This document shows, piece by piece, positions 9,681 to 20,163 of a DNA stretch of 64,000 nucleotides. The notes under the pieces are model-generated. The model made no database searches. It worked only from the letters and a program-made list of their open reading frames with translations, and had not been told where the DNA came from. Location: assembly GCA_002869265.1 (NCBI GenBank), contig PKTH01000036.1, positions 50,224-114,223 of the forward strand, written 5' to 3'. How positions within the stretch are numbered: the stretch's first letter is position 1; each line of letters begins with the position of its first letter. The DNA is from Candidatus Parcubacteria bacterium. Its GTDB lineage: Bacteria; Patescibacteriota; Patescibacteriia; Patescibacteriales; BM507. Position numbers and translations under genes: made by a program.

Positions 9681-10751
9681 ATGAAGAAAATCAAACTTTT
9701 AATTTTTTCTCTTTCTCTTCTTTTCTTTCTGAGTGCTTGTTCGATTAATTTCACTGGGTCAGAAAAAAAAGAAGTAAATACTGACTTCGGAGGAATCTTC
9801 AAGTCGGCAGACAAAGGAGACACCTGGAAACAAAAAGTATTAATCTCTGGGGTTAGTCAAACTCGTGGCAGCCTGGGAGCAACAAGTGTTAATAATTTCA
9901 AGTTTGACCCTAGTGACAACAAAGCATTGTATTACGCTAGTGTATCTAATGGTTTAGCCTATACATATGATGGTGCTGACAGTTGGCAGCTGGCCAAGGG
10001 CTTGGGGCCAGTACCTATACTAGATGTTGCCGTTGATTCGAATTCAAAGTGTAGAGTTTATGCCTCCACCGGTAACAAAATATTTAGGACTGAGGATTGT
10101 TCAAGAAATTGGGTACAGGTATATTTTGATAATGAAGCAAGGATTAAGGTAAATTCGATAGCCATTGATCATTTTGATTCCTCGAAGGTTTATGCTGGAC
10201 TAAGCAGAGGAGATCTCTTGAAGAGCTCCGATTATGGTAAAAGTTGGCAAACCATTCATAGGTTTAAGGTCAATATTTCTGGAATACTTATAGATCCAAA
10301 GGATAGTCGAAAAATGTTTGTTATTACACCAAATAACGGTTTATATAGGAGTGTTGACGGAGGAGAGAATTGGGAAAGTCTGAAAAAGATTTTGACAGAT
10401 ACTAAGGTTGGTAATAACATCAGAGATATGGTAATATTAAACACTGAACCAACCATGATTTACCTAGCTAGTGCAAAGGGAATGGTTAAATCTCTCGACA
10501 ATGGAAGCACTTGGGAGAAGATTGAACTTATCACCCCGGATGCGAAATCGCAGATAAATGCGATTGCAGTTAATGAGAGTGATGTAAATGAAATTTATTA
10601 TGTAACAAATACTACATTTTTTAAATCTAGTGATGGGGGAGTTAATTGGACACCTCAAAAACTGCCGACATCAAGAGCGGGCTGGAAATTGCTAGTAGAT
10701 CCGGAAGATCCTAAGGTTTTATATCTTGGTATAAAGGCATTAACTAAATAA
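9681..10751 (+). CDS. Lipoprotein with BNR/Asp-box (VPS10/YCF48-like) beta-propeller
   Basis: Lipobox LSAC; repeated S.D.G..W Asp boxes. Confidence 0.85.
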   Translation: MKKIKLLIFSLSLLFFLSACSINFTGSEKKEVNTDFGGIFKSADKGDTWKQKVLISGVSQTRGSLGATSVNNFKFDPSDNKALYYASVSNGLAYTYDGADSWQLAKGLGPVPILDVAVDSNSKCRVYASTGNKIFRTEDCSRNWVQVYFDNEARIKVNSIAIDHFDSSKVYAGLSRGDLLKSSDYGKSWQTIHRFKVNISGILIDPKDSRKMFVITPNNGLYRSVDGGENWESLKKILTDTKVGNNIRDMVILNTEPTMIYLASAKGMVKSLDNGSTWEKIELITPDAKSQINAIAVNESDVNEIYYVTNTTFFKSSDGGVNWTPQKLPTSRAGWKLLVDPEDPKVLYLGIKALTK

Positions 10752-10761
10752 TTGAAATAAT

Positions 10762-11316
10762 ATGAATTCATACATTGAAGAAAAACAAGGAGACTTTGAA
10801 AATATTTTAGATTTCTTTAAAAAAGATATTTCCAGCCTGAGAACCGGAAGAGCAAATCCAGCAATTCTGGAGGGAGTTTTTGTTGAGGCCTATGGAGTTA
10901 AAACACCCCTAAATGGAGTAGCCAATATAAATGTTTTGGACTCTCAAAGCTTAACAGTAGCTCCTTGGGATAAAAACATTATCAAAGATGTCGAAAAAGC
11001 AATTGTTGATGCTGATCTAGGCTTCGGAGTTGTAAATGATGGAGATAAGCTAAGGTTAACTGTCCCACAGATGACAGAAGAGAATAGAAAAGATTTGGTT
11101 AAAAAGCTAAATGAGAAAATGGAGAAATCTAGAATTTCGGTAAGACAGCTGAGAGATGATATTAAGGATAATATTGAAAAAGATGAGAAAGATAAGGAAA
11201 TCACAGAAGATGATAAGTTTTCATTTATTAAAGAGCTTGATGAGAAAATAAGAGCTTTTAATGATGAAATAAAGGCGGTTCGTGATGCTAAGGAGTCTGA
11301 TATAATGACTATTTAG
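10762..11316 (+). CDS. frr: Ribosome recycling factor
   Basis: LRTGRANP, PWDK, TEENRK.LVK. Confidence 0.97.
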   Translation: MNSYIEEKQGDFENILDFFKKDISSLRTGRANPAILEGVFVEAYGVKTPLNGVANINVLDSQSLTVAPWDKNIIKDVEKAIVDADLGFGVVNDGDKLRLTVPQMTEENRKDLVKKLNEKMEKSRISVRQLRDDIKDNIEKDEKDKEITEDDKFSFIKELDEKIRAFNDEIKAVRDAKESDIMTI

Positions 11317-11370
11317 TTTAGTTAATTTCAATCTAATAAAAATAAGATAAAATATCTATAAAAACAAACT

Positions 11371-12525
11371 ATGTTTACTGTAATAATATTTTTAGCTGTA
11401 CTATCTGTTTTAGTATTAGCGCATGAATTAGGACATTTTTTAACAGCTAGAAGATATGGAGCAAAAGCTGAAGAGTTCGGTCTGGGATTTCCTCCTAGAG
11501 CGGTTGGAGTGTATAAAAGCACTGACGGTTCTTGGAAGAAAGTTTTTGGTTCAAGAGAGGTGGAGGACGCAGCAGACACAGTCTATTCTCTAAATTGGCT
11601 TCCCCTAGGAGGTTTTGTGAAAATAAAAGGTGAGGACGGTGAGAGCGAAGATCCGGATAGTTTTGTATCCAAAAAGATGTGGCAAAAGGCGGTCATTCTG
11701 GTTGCTGGAGTTACAATGAATATAATTCTGGCTTTTGTTTTGATCTCTTTTGGTTACATGATAGGCTTCCCTCAAACCATAGATAATAACTCTGAGGGGA
11801 AAGTAATCGATCAGCAGATCCAAGTAGTGGACTTGTTAGAAGGCTCAGCGGCTGATTTGGCAGGCGTTAAACCAGGTGATGTTGTAACCGGGATAGACGG
11901 GATAGACTTTGAAAATTTTGAAGCTCTCCAAAATTACGTAAATGAAAATGTAGGCAATGAAATTACATACGAGGTTAGAAGGGGATATGAAGAAATGGAA
12001 TTTGTTTTGATCCCGGAAGTTAGAGAAGAGACAAATAGAGGTGGGGTAGGTGTTTCTATAGTTGAGACTGGGACTGTGAAGTATTCTTTCTTTAGGGCTA
12101 TTTGGGAAGGAATGAAAACAACCGTAGTTATAACCTGGATGATATTTTTGGCCTTTTTGGGTCTTATACGAGATCTAGTTATGGGTTCTGGAGTTTCTGC
12201 AGACGTGGCAGGACCCGTGGGTATAGCAGTTATTACGGGCCAAGCGGCGAGACTGGGCTTTGCACATTTATTGCAATTTACAGCGCTCCTTTCTATTAAT
12301 TTGGCAATTATTAATATCCTGCCTATCCCTGCACTTGATGGAGGTAGATTACTTTTCTTGGCGATCGAAAAAATAAAAGGCAAACCAATGAAAAAGGAAA
12401 CAGAAGCGCTAGTGCACAATATTGGATTTTTACTTTTGATGCTTTTAATTTTAGTGGTGACCTTTAAAGAAGTTTCAAAATTCGGAGGAGCGATTACCGG
12501 TTTATTTAGCAAGATAATTAATTAA
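11371..12525 (+). CDS. rseP: RIP metalloprotease RseP
   Basis: HELGH, PLGGFV, PDZ domain, NILPIPALDGG. Confidence 0.96.
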   Translation: MFTVIIFLAVLSVLVLAHELGHFLTARRYGAKAEEFGLGFPPRAVGVYKSTDGSWKKVFGSREVEDAADTVYSLNWLPLGGFVKIKGEDGESEDPDSFVSKKMWQKAVILVAGVTMNIILAFVLISFGYMIGFPQTIDNNSEGKVIDQQIQVVDLLEGSAADLAGVKPGDVVTGIDGIDFENFEALQNYVNENVGNEITYEVRRGYEEMEFVLIPEVREETNRGGVGVSIVETGTVKYSFFRAIWEGMKTTVVITWMIFLAFLGLIRDLVMGSGVSADVAGPVGIAVITGQAARLGFAHLLQFTALLSINLAIINILPIPALDGGRLLFLAIEKIKGKPMKKETEALVHNIGFLLLMLLILVVTFKEVSKFGGAITGLFSKIIN

Positions 12526-12538
12526 TAAAAATAAAAAT

Positions 12539-12844
12539 ATGCAAGTAAGAATAAAGGCGACAAAAATTGATTTAACAGACAGTATAAGAGATTATGTCCA
12601 GCAAAAAATGGACATGTTGGATAAATATTTAGGGACTTATGATGTAGTGAATTGTGATGTGGAGGTTGGAGTAACCACAAATCATCATCAGAAAGGTAAG
12701 ATTTTTAAAGCAGAGACAAACATTCAATTACCTGGAGAACTATTGAGAGTAGAAAAAGAGGCAGAAGATTTATATAAAGCTATTGATAAGGTTAAGGACC
12801 ACATGACTAGGTCTATTAGAAGGTATAAGGAGAAAAGAAAATAG
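12539..12844 (+). CDS. hpf: Ribosome hibernation factor (short HPF/RaiA)
   Basis: LTDSIRDYV..K..L, DLYKAID...D...R.IRRYKEK. Confidence 0.93.
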   Translation: MQVRIKATKIDLTDSIRDYVQQKMDMLDKYLGTYDVVNCDVEVGVTTNHHQKGKIFKAETNIQLPGELLRVEKEAEDLYKAIDKVKDHMTRSIRRYKEKRK

Positions 12845-12932
12845 TTTGCCTTTCTACTTAAGAATGAATGATTTGCCTAAAAAAACTCAACCCGAAAAGC
12901 GTATATAATATTAATTGTAAATATTTTTTATA

Positions 12933-12966
12933 AAAAAACGCCGTTTTAAAAACGGCGTTTTGTTTT
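12933..12966. terminator. Bidirectional intrinsic terminator
   Basis: AAAACGCCGTTTT-A-AAAACGGCGTTTT between convergent genes. Confidence 0.85.
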
Positions 12967-12968
12967 AC

Positions 12969-13979
12969 TTAATCAAACATTTTTTCCCAAGAGACAGTTG
13001 TTGTTAGGTTTTTTGATCTAGCAACAACGTAGACTCCATTTTTTAAAACAAGATCTTCATGATCTGGTGCAGATATTGTACCTGATGCAAGATGAAAATC
13101 TATTTGGGTGTTTCTATCTGGTTCTTGTCGCGTTTTTCGTGATTTTTTCTTTGGAGAAATTTTTATAGTTTTACTAGCTACTAAAATTCCTCCGCCCAAA
13201 AGATGATTAGTATTGAACAGGGGGTGGTTATTAGCCTCGATATAATGTTTTGTTTTCGTGCTAAGGCCAAGGTGGAGATTTACCGTATTTACTGCTTCAT
13301 GCCAGGTGTCTGCTAGCTTGGTTGCCCAAATGTCTCCTTGTCGTAAAATTGGTTTTCCAGCCAAAGCGAAAATTTCAAGAATTTCATCAGGGATAAGAGA
13401 GGAGTAAAAAGCTTTTTCACCTTGTGTTTTGAATACATTCCAAGAGGTTCGGGTGACTCCTGTCATAAAGGGGTTTTCATCCATCCCAAAGAAAATGTAG
13501 CGGCAGGGCCCCTTGTAATCAAATCGGGCTATTGCCTGCGTCCCATCATTAATCATGTGAATTTCTCTTAAGAGATTTCTTGGAAGAATAATATGTTTCC
13601 CCCTGACGTTTAGAAAAATTTTGGGGGGAGACATAAAAATAGAATCTCCGTGTAGCTCTATCATTCTTTCAAGTGAGTGTAAATCAATTTCACTCCAGTG
13701 AATTTTGGCGCCTCCAACATATTCTGGAAAAAATACTTCATGCTTTTTATCCATTTCAGACTCCTTAAAAGGAAGTGTTTTGTTTCTAATAGTCCGAAAT
13801 GATTTAGCAAGTTGCGATGGAATTTTACCTTCTTTCGCTAAGTGATCAAGAGTTTTGTAAAGGGCGTTTAAGTTTTTTTTAACTAGTCTTTCACTTTTTG
13901 TGTTTTGCCTGATACTCTCGATCACAAGAGCTATAATCATTTCAGACAAATAAAGATCCGACGAATTAAAAGTGGTCAT
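12969..13979 (-). CDS. Hypothetical protein with C-terminal RQGD...H...PDH..L.L..G.Y motif
   Basis: 336 aa ORF with AAGGAGG SD, its own promoter and terminator. Confidence 0.8.
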   Translation of the reverse strand: MTTFNSSDLYLSEMIIALVIESIRQNTKSERLVKKNLNALYKTLDHLAKEGKIPSQLAKSFRTIRNKTLPFKESEMDKKHEVFFPEYVGGAKIHWSEIDLHSLERMIELHGDSIFMSPPKIFLNVRGKHIILPRNLLREIHMINDGTQAIARFDYKGPCRYIFFGMDENPFMTGVTRTSWNVFKTQGEKAFYSSLIPDEILEIFALAGKPILRQGDIWATKLADTWHEAVNTVNLHLGLSTKTKHYIEANNHPLFNTNHLLGGGILVASKTIKISPKKKSRKTRQEPDRNTQIDFHLASGTISAPDHEDLVLKNGVYVVARSKNLTTTVSWEKMFD

Positions 13980-14001
13980 TCTGAGCCTCCTTTTAAAATT
14001 G

Positions 14002-14053
14002 ATAGTCAGTTCCCGCCATGCTGGTCGGTATTCACTCTCGTGAAGGTGACTAT
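14002..14053 (-). ncRNA. Candidate structured 5' leader (three-way junction)
   Basis: P1 AUAGUCA/UGACUAU, P2 UUCAC-GAGA-GUGAA, P3 CCG(A)CCA-GCA-UGGCGG; lies between promoter and SD. Confidence 0.55.
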
Positions 14054-14063
14054 GTGTGCTAGT

Positions 14064-14092
14064 AAGCTAACATAAGTGCATGTCTCAGTCAA
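14064..14092 (-). promoter_or_regulatory. Sigma70-type promoter for 12969..13979
   Basis: TTGACT-N17-TAGCTT with extended -10 TG. Confidence 0.7.
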
Positions 14093-14094
14093 AT

Positions 14095-14128
14095 AAAAAA
14101 CACTATCTATTTGATAGTGTTTTGTTTT
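14095..14128. terminator. Intrinsic terminator for the Cys-rich small gene
   Basis: AAAACACTATC-N5-GATAGTGTTTT with T tails on both strands. Confidence 0.8.
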
Positions 14129-14145
14129 AAGGTCTCAGAGACAGT

Positions 14146-14319
14146 TTAACCATTATTTTTATTTAGCTTGCATTTGTGGGTGCAGTAGGTTGAGTTTCTT
14201 TTAAGACATTCTCCTGTTTTTGTGCATTTTACATTTTCAGGAAGCATTCGATTGTTTCCGCATTTTTGGCATTCTGGATTTCCATGTTTTTCGCAGACTG
14301 TTTTACATGAAATATTCAT
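14146..14319 (-). CDS. Cys-rich small protein (57 aa, 8 Cys, 2 His), not in ORF track
   Basis: MNISCKTVCEKHGNPECQKCGNNRMLPENVKCTKTGECLKRNSTYCTHKCKLNKNNG; SD AGGAG; TTGACA-N17-TATAAA upstream; terminator downstream. Confidence 0.75.
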   Translation of the reverse strand: MNISCKTVCEKHGNPECQKCGNNRMLPENVKCTKTGECLKRNSTYCTHKCKLNKNNG

Positions 14320-14486
14320 CTCTTCTCCTGTTTATTTGGTTAAAATGATCGACTTAATTTTAGAATATATTTATACAAAATTTCTTAAAAGTTGTCAATA
14401 ATCAAAACAAGCTTTTAACATTGATTTTTTTTGCTATTAGGAATATAATTACAATTGATTAAAAAAATAAGAAATATACAAAAAAA

Positions 14487-17246
14487 ATGGGATTATTAGA
14501 TAAAATTCTCGGAGATCCGAATGAAAAAGTGATTAAGGAAATTAGGACGGTTGTAGAAAAAATAAATAGCCTGGAAGATGGAATAAAGAAAAAAACCGAT
14601 GAAGAACTTAGAGCTTGTACTGAAGATTTTCGAAAAAGACTTGATTTAAAAAAAGATTCAAAACTATCAAAAGAAGAATTGCAGAAAAAACTGGAGGATA
14701 TATTACCAGAGGCTTTTGCTGTCATTAGAGAAGCGGCCTTTAGAGTTATTGGTCAGCGGCCTTATGATGTCCAGCTGATTGGTGGTGTTGCTCTTCATAG
14801 AGGTCAGATTGCTGAGATGAAAACTGGTGAAGGTAAAACCTTGGTGGCATCTCTTGCTTTGTACTTGAATGCTTTGGCTGGCAATGGATCACACTTGATA
14901 ACGGTTAATGACTATTTGTCACGAGTTGGTGCTGGTTGGAATGCTCCCGTTTATCACTTTTTAGGACTTACTACAGGTGTTATTATTCATGACAAATCCC
15001 TGAAGTATGATCCAGATTTTAGTGATGATGCTGAATTTGACGAGAGATTAAAACATTTTAGACAAGTTGAAAGACAAGAGGCTTATGCATGTGATATTTT
15101 GTATGGGACTAACAATGAGTTTGGCTTTGATTATCTAAGAGACAACATGGTTGCTAGTCTTGATAAGATGGTTCAGAGAGATTTGTATTTTACAATTGTT
15201 GACGAGGTTGATTCTATTTTGATCGACGAAGCTAGGACGCCCTTGATTATTTCTGCTCCAGCTGAAGAGTCTACTGATAAGTATTATCAATTTGCTGATT
15301 TAGTCAGAAGGCTAAAAGTTGACCAGGATTATAATATTGATGAAAAAATGAGAACGGTGACATTGTCTGAAGAAGGAATATCGAAAATGGAAAAAATGTT
15401 GGGAGTTGAAAATATTTACACCTCAGGAGGAATAAGAGAAGTCCATCATATTGAACAAGCCTTAAAAGCTCACGCTATTTTTGCACGTGATAAGGACTAT
15501 GTTGTGAAAGAGGATGAAGTTATTATAGTTGATGAGTTTACTGGCAGGTTAATGCCTGGAAGAAGGTACTCTGAAGGCTTGCATCAAGCGATTGAGGCTA
15601 AAGAGGGGGTTAAGATCCAAAGAGAGTCTCAAACATTGTCTAGTATTACTTTCCAAAATTATTTTAGAATGTATGACAAGTTGGCCGGCATGACCGGTAC
15701 GGCCGTTACGGAGGCTGAAGAGTTTTCAAAAATATATGGACTAGAGACGGTTGTAATACCTACTAATAAACCTGTCGCTAGAGATGATAAAAATGATTTA
15801 ATCTATAAGACAGAAATTGCAAAATACAAAGCGGTAGTTGAAGATATAAAAGATAGACAAGAGAAGGGTCAGCCTGTTTTAGTTGGTACAATTTCTATTG
15901 AAAAAAATGAGCAGTTATTAGCCTATATGGAAAGAGAGGGATTGCGACCTCAGGCTCTGAATGCCAAAAACCACACTAAAGAAGCAAGGATTATTTCAGA
16001 CGCTGGTAAATCGGGGGCAGTAACTATTGCTACTAATATGGCCGGTCGTGGTGTTGATATTGTTCTTGGAGGAGCTGAGCCTAAAAAAGATGATCCAGAA
16101 CATGCTAAATGGGAGGAAGACCATAAGAGGGTTCTTGAACTAGGCGGCCTACATGTTATCGGTACAGAGCGTCATGAAGCAAGACGTATAGATAATCAGC
16201 TTCGTGGTCGTGCTGGTCGTCAGGGTGATGTAGGATCATCACAGTTTTTTGTATCAATGGAAGATGATTTAATGAGAGTATTTGGTGGCGATAGAATGAA
16301 AAATTTAATGACCACCTTGAGAGTACCAGATGATATGCCTATTGAAAACAAAATGATTTCGAAGTCTATAGAGTCGGCTCAAAAGAAAGTTGAAGGAAAC
16401 AATTTTGACATCAGAAAACATTTAGTGGAGTATGATGATGTTATAAACAAACATAGAGAAGCAATATATAAAAGAAGAAAAGATATTTTATTAGCATCAG
16501 AGTCAGAGGATAATAGAAATGAATTGTCTGAAATGATTCAAGAAATGGTAGAGGCGGAGATTGAGCAGGTGGTAGCTTTTCACACTGCATCAGACTATGT
16601 AAAAGAATGGGATCTGAAAGAAATTTATCAGGTAGTCTCTACTATCTTTAAGGTAAACGACGAATCTGGAAAAAAACTTATAAGCAACGAAGAAGATGCC
16701 CCAAAACTAGATAAAGCGAAAGTTAGAACAGAGATAATTGAAAGTTTGGTTAAGCAAGCAAAAGAAAGATACACTGAAATAAAAAAGAATGCCGATGGTT
16801 TTGGACTAGACTGGCCAGACATAGAGAGGTCTGTCTTGATACGTTCTATCGATACTCTTTGGATTGAGCACCTAGAGGCAATGTCGAGTGTTAGACAAGG
16901 TATCGGTCTTCGAGGCTATGGCCAGAGAGATCCATTGGTGGAATATAAAAAAGAAGCTTATAAACTTTATAATGAATTGAATAATTTGATTCAGAGAGAA
17001 GTTGTATATAGCATATATAAGATTGCTCAGATTGATGATGTGATAAGTAAAGGATTTACAGCGCCAACGCTTATGGATAGAGCTGTCCAATTTAGTGCTC
17101 CTGCTAAAACAATGTCCAAGGAAGAACCCGGGGGAGCACAAATAATTAAACAAAAAGACAGGAATGAAGAAGGGGAAAAGATCGGAAGAAATGATCCTTG
17201 TATATGTGGTTCAGGAAAGAAGTATAAGAAGTGCTGTGGTAAATAA
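14487..17246 (+). CDS. secA: Preprotein translocase ATPase SecA
   Basis: [49 protein letters not shown]-terminal [22 protein letters not shown]. Confidence 0.99.
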   Translation: MGLLDKILGDPNEKVIKEIRTVVEKINSLEDGIKKKTDEELRACTEDFRKRLDLKKDSKLSKEELQKKLEDILPEAFAVIREAAFRVIGQRPYDVQLIGGVALHRGQIAEMKTGEGKTLVASLALYLNALAGNGSHLITVNDYLSRVGAGWNAPVYHFLGLTTGVIIHDKSLKYDPDFSDDAEFDERLKHFRQVERQEAYACDILYGTNNEFGFDYLRDNMVASLDKMVQRDLYFTIVDEVDSILIDEARTPLIISAPAEESTDKYYQFADLVRRLKVDQDYNIDEKMRTVTLSEEGISKMEKMLGVENIYTSGGIREVHHIEQALKAHAIFARDKDYVVKEDEVIIVDEFTGRLMPGRRYSEGLHQAIEAKEGVKIQRESQTLSSITFQNYFRMYDKLAGMTGTAVTEAEEFSKIYGLETVVIPTNKPVARDDKNDLIYKTEIAKYKAVVEDIKDRQEKGQPVLVGTISIEKNEQLLAYMEREGLRPQALNAKNHTKEARIISDAGKSGAVTIATNMAGRGVDIVLGGAEPKKDDPEHAKWEEDHKRVLELGGLHVIGTERHEARRIDNQLRGRAGRQGDVGSSQFFVSMEDDLMRVFGGDRMKNLMTTLRVPDDMPIENKMISKSIESAQKKVEGNNFDIRKHLVEYDDVINKHREAIYKRRKDILLASESEDNRNELSEMIQEMVEAEIEQVVAFHTASDYVKEWDLKEIYQVVSTIFKVNDESGKKLISNEEDAPKLDKAKVRTEIIESLVKQAKERYTEIKKNADGFGLDWPDIERSVLIRSIDTLWIEHLEAMSSVRQGIGLRGYGQRDPLVEYKKEAYKLYNELNNLIQREVVYSIYKIAQIDDVISKGFTAPTLMDRAVQFSAPAKTMSKEEPGGAQIIKQKDRNEEGEKIGRNDPCICGSGKKYKKCCGK

Positions 17247-17260
17247 GGTTTAGCTACTTT

Positions 17261-17932
17261 ATGATAGACAGAATAAAAAAAATAGCGGAAGAGGAAATGA
17301 AGGAATGTGCGGCGCATGATCTCGATCATGTTATGCGTGTACACGCTCTATGTAAAAGTATCGCTAAAAAAGAAAAAGACGTGGATTTAGAAATTCTAGA
17401 GATTGCTACGCTTTTACATGATGTGGGTAAAGACAAAGAAAATAATGACAAGTCCGGGGCAACAGATCATGCTGTTGTTGGAGTAGAGCGAGCTGAGGAG
17501 ATATTGAGAGAAATTGGTTACCTCGAAGAGAAAATTGATTTAGTTAAACAATGTATTTTAACTCATAGGTATAGAGCAGGCAGAGAGCCAAAGAGCTTGG
17601 AGGCAAAAATACTTTTCGATGCCGACAAACTCGATTCTTTAGGTGCTATTGGGATAGCTCGGTCTTTCGCTTGGATTGGAAAACATAGAGCTAAGGTTTA
17701 TAAAAAAGTAGCTGATCTTGATAGATATATTGATGAAAATATGGAGGGGCATAATAAAGGGAAAATTCAAGACAAAAGTATTCATAGCGTTCAGATAGAA
17801 TATGATATAAAACAGAGAGATTTGCTTGAAAAGTTCTATACTAAAAGTGCAAGAAAAATAGCAGAAAAAAGGCATGAGTATTTTAAAGATTTTTTAGATC
17901 GTCTAGAAAGAGAGATATTGGGGGAAGAATAG
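17261..17932 (+). CDS. HD-domain metal-dependent phosphohydrolase
   Basis: AHDLDHVMRV, LLHDVGK, DH, HR, DADKLDSLGAIG. Confidence 0.92.
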   Translation: MIDRIKKIAEEEMKECAAHDLDHVMRVHALCKSIAKKEKDVDLEILEIATLLHDVGKDKENNDKSGATDHAVVGVERAEEILREIGYLEEKIDLVKQCILTHRYRAGREPKSLEAKILFDADKLDSLGAIGIARSFAWIGKHRAKVYKKVADLDRYIDENMEGHNKGKIQDKSIHSVQIEYDIKQRDLLEKFYTKSARKIAEKRHEYFKDFLDRLEREILGEE

Positions 17933-18083
17933 GTTATATTAATAAGTTTTTCATATTGGGCATAAAACAGTAAAGCTATAACACTAGAATTATTATTTGT
18001 CAATATTGCAAATATTAGCAATTTACTCTATTATATTTGTATAAGTTAATTAAATTAATACCTTAGATAAGGTATTTTATTTT

Positions 18084-20147
18084 ATGTCAGAAAATATTAT
18101 CTCTAGAATTTTAAAACCAGGTGTTCGTGGAAAAATTTGGCGGACTTTTATTGTAATTATTGCAATTTCGTTTTTCTTATTAATGATTGATGCCGGATCT
18201 TATTATAATAAGTCGGTTGGCTATCTTGATGGCAAATTTGGTATTTCATTGCCGAGTGCTCCAGAAATTCCATTCAAGCTTGGGCTGGATTTGCAGGGTG
18301 GTGCTCACTTGGTTTATAAAGCGGACATGAGTTTAGTTCCGAGTGGAGACGCTGGATCTGCTCTCGAAGGAGTTAGGGATGTTATTGAAAGAAGAGTTAA
18401 TGTTTTTGGTGTGTCTGAACCAGTTGTTCAAACCAATGTTTCTGGCGGAGAGCACAGAGTGATTGTTGAGCTTGCTGGGGTAACAGATGTAAATGAAGCA
18501 ATTCAACAAATTGGTGAAACACCTTTACTTGAGTTCAAAGAACAGGCAACAGAAATTAGAGAACTGACTGACGAAGAAAGAACCGAGATGGAGACATTTA
18601 ATATTAATGCCAAAGAACAAGCTGATGAAGCTTTAGATAAAATTAAAAATGGATCTGATTTTATAGAAATATCAAAAGAGTACAGCACAGACGAAAATAC
18701 TAAAATAGCAGAAGGGGACTTAGGTCAGATTACAAATCAAGATAATCAGAGAGTAGTTTCTCTTATAAGTGACTATGGGGAAGGAGAATACTCACCAGAA
18801 GTTATTGATAATGGAGATTCTTATGAAATATTTAAGCTGGTAAGCAAACAAGAAAAAACAAACCCTTTTGATGATAATCAGGTGGAAAAAGAAGTAAGAG
18901 CGTCTCATCTTTTGTTGTGTTATGACGGTATTGACGGTTGTGAAACTGGCCTAAGTAAAGAAGAGACTTATGAAAAGATTAAGAGCATAAAAGAAGAGGC
19001 AACACCTGCTAATTTTGCTAACTTGGTAGTTGATCATACTACAGAGCCCGGTGGAGCTGCTAGAATGGGAGAGTTGGGATGGTTCTCTAAGGGCATGATG
19101 GTTGAGCCTTTTGAAGACACTGTTTTCTCTCAGGAGGTTGGTACTATCTCTTATGTAGTGGAAACTCAATTTGGTTATCACCTTATTTACAAAGAAGAAG
19201 AAAGATCTATATATGAATATAATGTTAATGTAGTGAGAATAAATAAGATTACAGAAACTGACATAATTGGGGCTGAGGCAGAATGGAAAAACACAGAGTT
19301 AACTGGTAAAAACCTTGATAGAGCGGTTGTATCATTTAATCCAAATGATAATACTCCAGAGGTTTCTTTGGAATTTGATAGTGAAGGAGGAGATTTGTTT
19401 GCAGCGATAACAGAAAGAAATATCGGGAAACAAGTTGCAATATTTCTTGATGGGTATCCTATAAGCGTCCCAACAGTAAATGAGAGAATACCAAGTGGAA
19501 GAGCTGTTATTTCAGGAAACTTTACTATAACTGAAGCGAAACTGTTAACGCAAAGGCTTAATGCTGGTGCCTTGCCAGTTCCTATTGAGCTAATTAGTCA
19601 ACAGACTGTTGGTCCAAGCCTTGGTAAGATTTCTCTAATTGAGAGTTTGAAGGCAGGGATTGCTGGATTGATTTTGGTAGCAATCTTCATGATCCTGTAC
19701 TATAGATTATCTGGGCTCTTAGCAGTATTTTCTTTAACTATCTATGGAATATTAATATTGGCGATATTTAAGCTTTGGCCTGTAACTCTAACTCTTTCAG
19801 GAATGGCTGGTTTTATTCTTTCTATTGGTATGGCCGTTGATGCAAACGTGCTGATATTTGAAAGATTAAGAGAAGAGCTTAAAAGAGGCAATCCATATAG
19901 TATTGCACTTGAAGAAGCCTTCAAAAGAGCTTGGCCTTCAATTCGCGACGGTAATGTCTCAACACTGATAACCTGTTTTATCCTTATTCAGTTTTCTACA
20001 AGTGTTGTGAAGGGATTTGCTATAACTCTTGGTCTTGGTGTTACTGTTTCTATGTTGACCGCGGTGGTTGTTACTAAAAACTTTTCTAAAATAGTTGATA
20101 CTGACTTCTTTTCTAGAAGGGCTTGGCTATTTGGAGCTAAGAAATAA
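18084..20147 (+). CDS. secD: Protein translocase subunit SecD with inserted parvulin-type PPIase domains
   Basis: LGLDLQGG, RRVN.FGVSEP, LNAGALP, VGPSLG, SIGMAVDANVLIFER; insert contains VRASHLL, GELGWF, ETQFGYHLI. Confidence 0.96.
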   Translation: MSENIISRILKPGVRGKIWRTFIVIIAISFFLLMIDAGSYYNKSVGYLDGKFGISLPSAPEIPFKLGLDLQGGAHLVYKADMSLVPSGDAGSALEGVRDVIERRVNVFGVSEPVVQTNVSGGEHRVIVELAGVTDVNEAIQQIGETPLLEFKEQATEIRELTDEERTEMETFNINAKEQADEALDKIKNGSDFIEISKEYSTDENTKIAEGDLGQITNQDNQRVVSLISDYGEGEYSPEVIDNGDSYEIFKLVSKQEKTNPFDDNQVEKEVRASHLLLCYDGIDGCETGLSKEETYEKIKSIKEEATPANFANLVVDHTTEPGGAARMGELGWFSKGMMVEPFEDTVFSQEVGTISYVVETQFGYHLIYKEEERSIYEYNVNVVRINKITETDIIGAEAEWKNTELTGKNLDRAVVSFNPNDNTPEVSLEFDSEGGDLFAAITERNIGKQVAIFLDGYPISVPTVNERIPSGRAVISGNFTITEAKLLTQRLNAGALPVPIELISQQTVGPSLGKISLIESLKAGIAGLILVAIFMILYYRLSGLLAVFSLTIYGILILAIFKLWPVTLTLSGMAGFILSIGMAVDANVLIFERLREELKRGNPYSIALEEAFKRAWPSIRDGNVSTLITCFILIQFSTSVVKGFAITLGLGVTVSMLTAVVVTKNFSKIVDTDFFSRRAWLFGAKK

Positions 20148-20163
20148 TTAAAGAAATAAAAAT

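Noticed and set aside
14002-14053. Leader as a hammerhead ribozyme, tRNA or 5S fragment
   Set aside because: No CUGAUGA/GAAA core and no cloverleaf; only a short GGGAACUG coincidence with 5S
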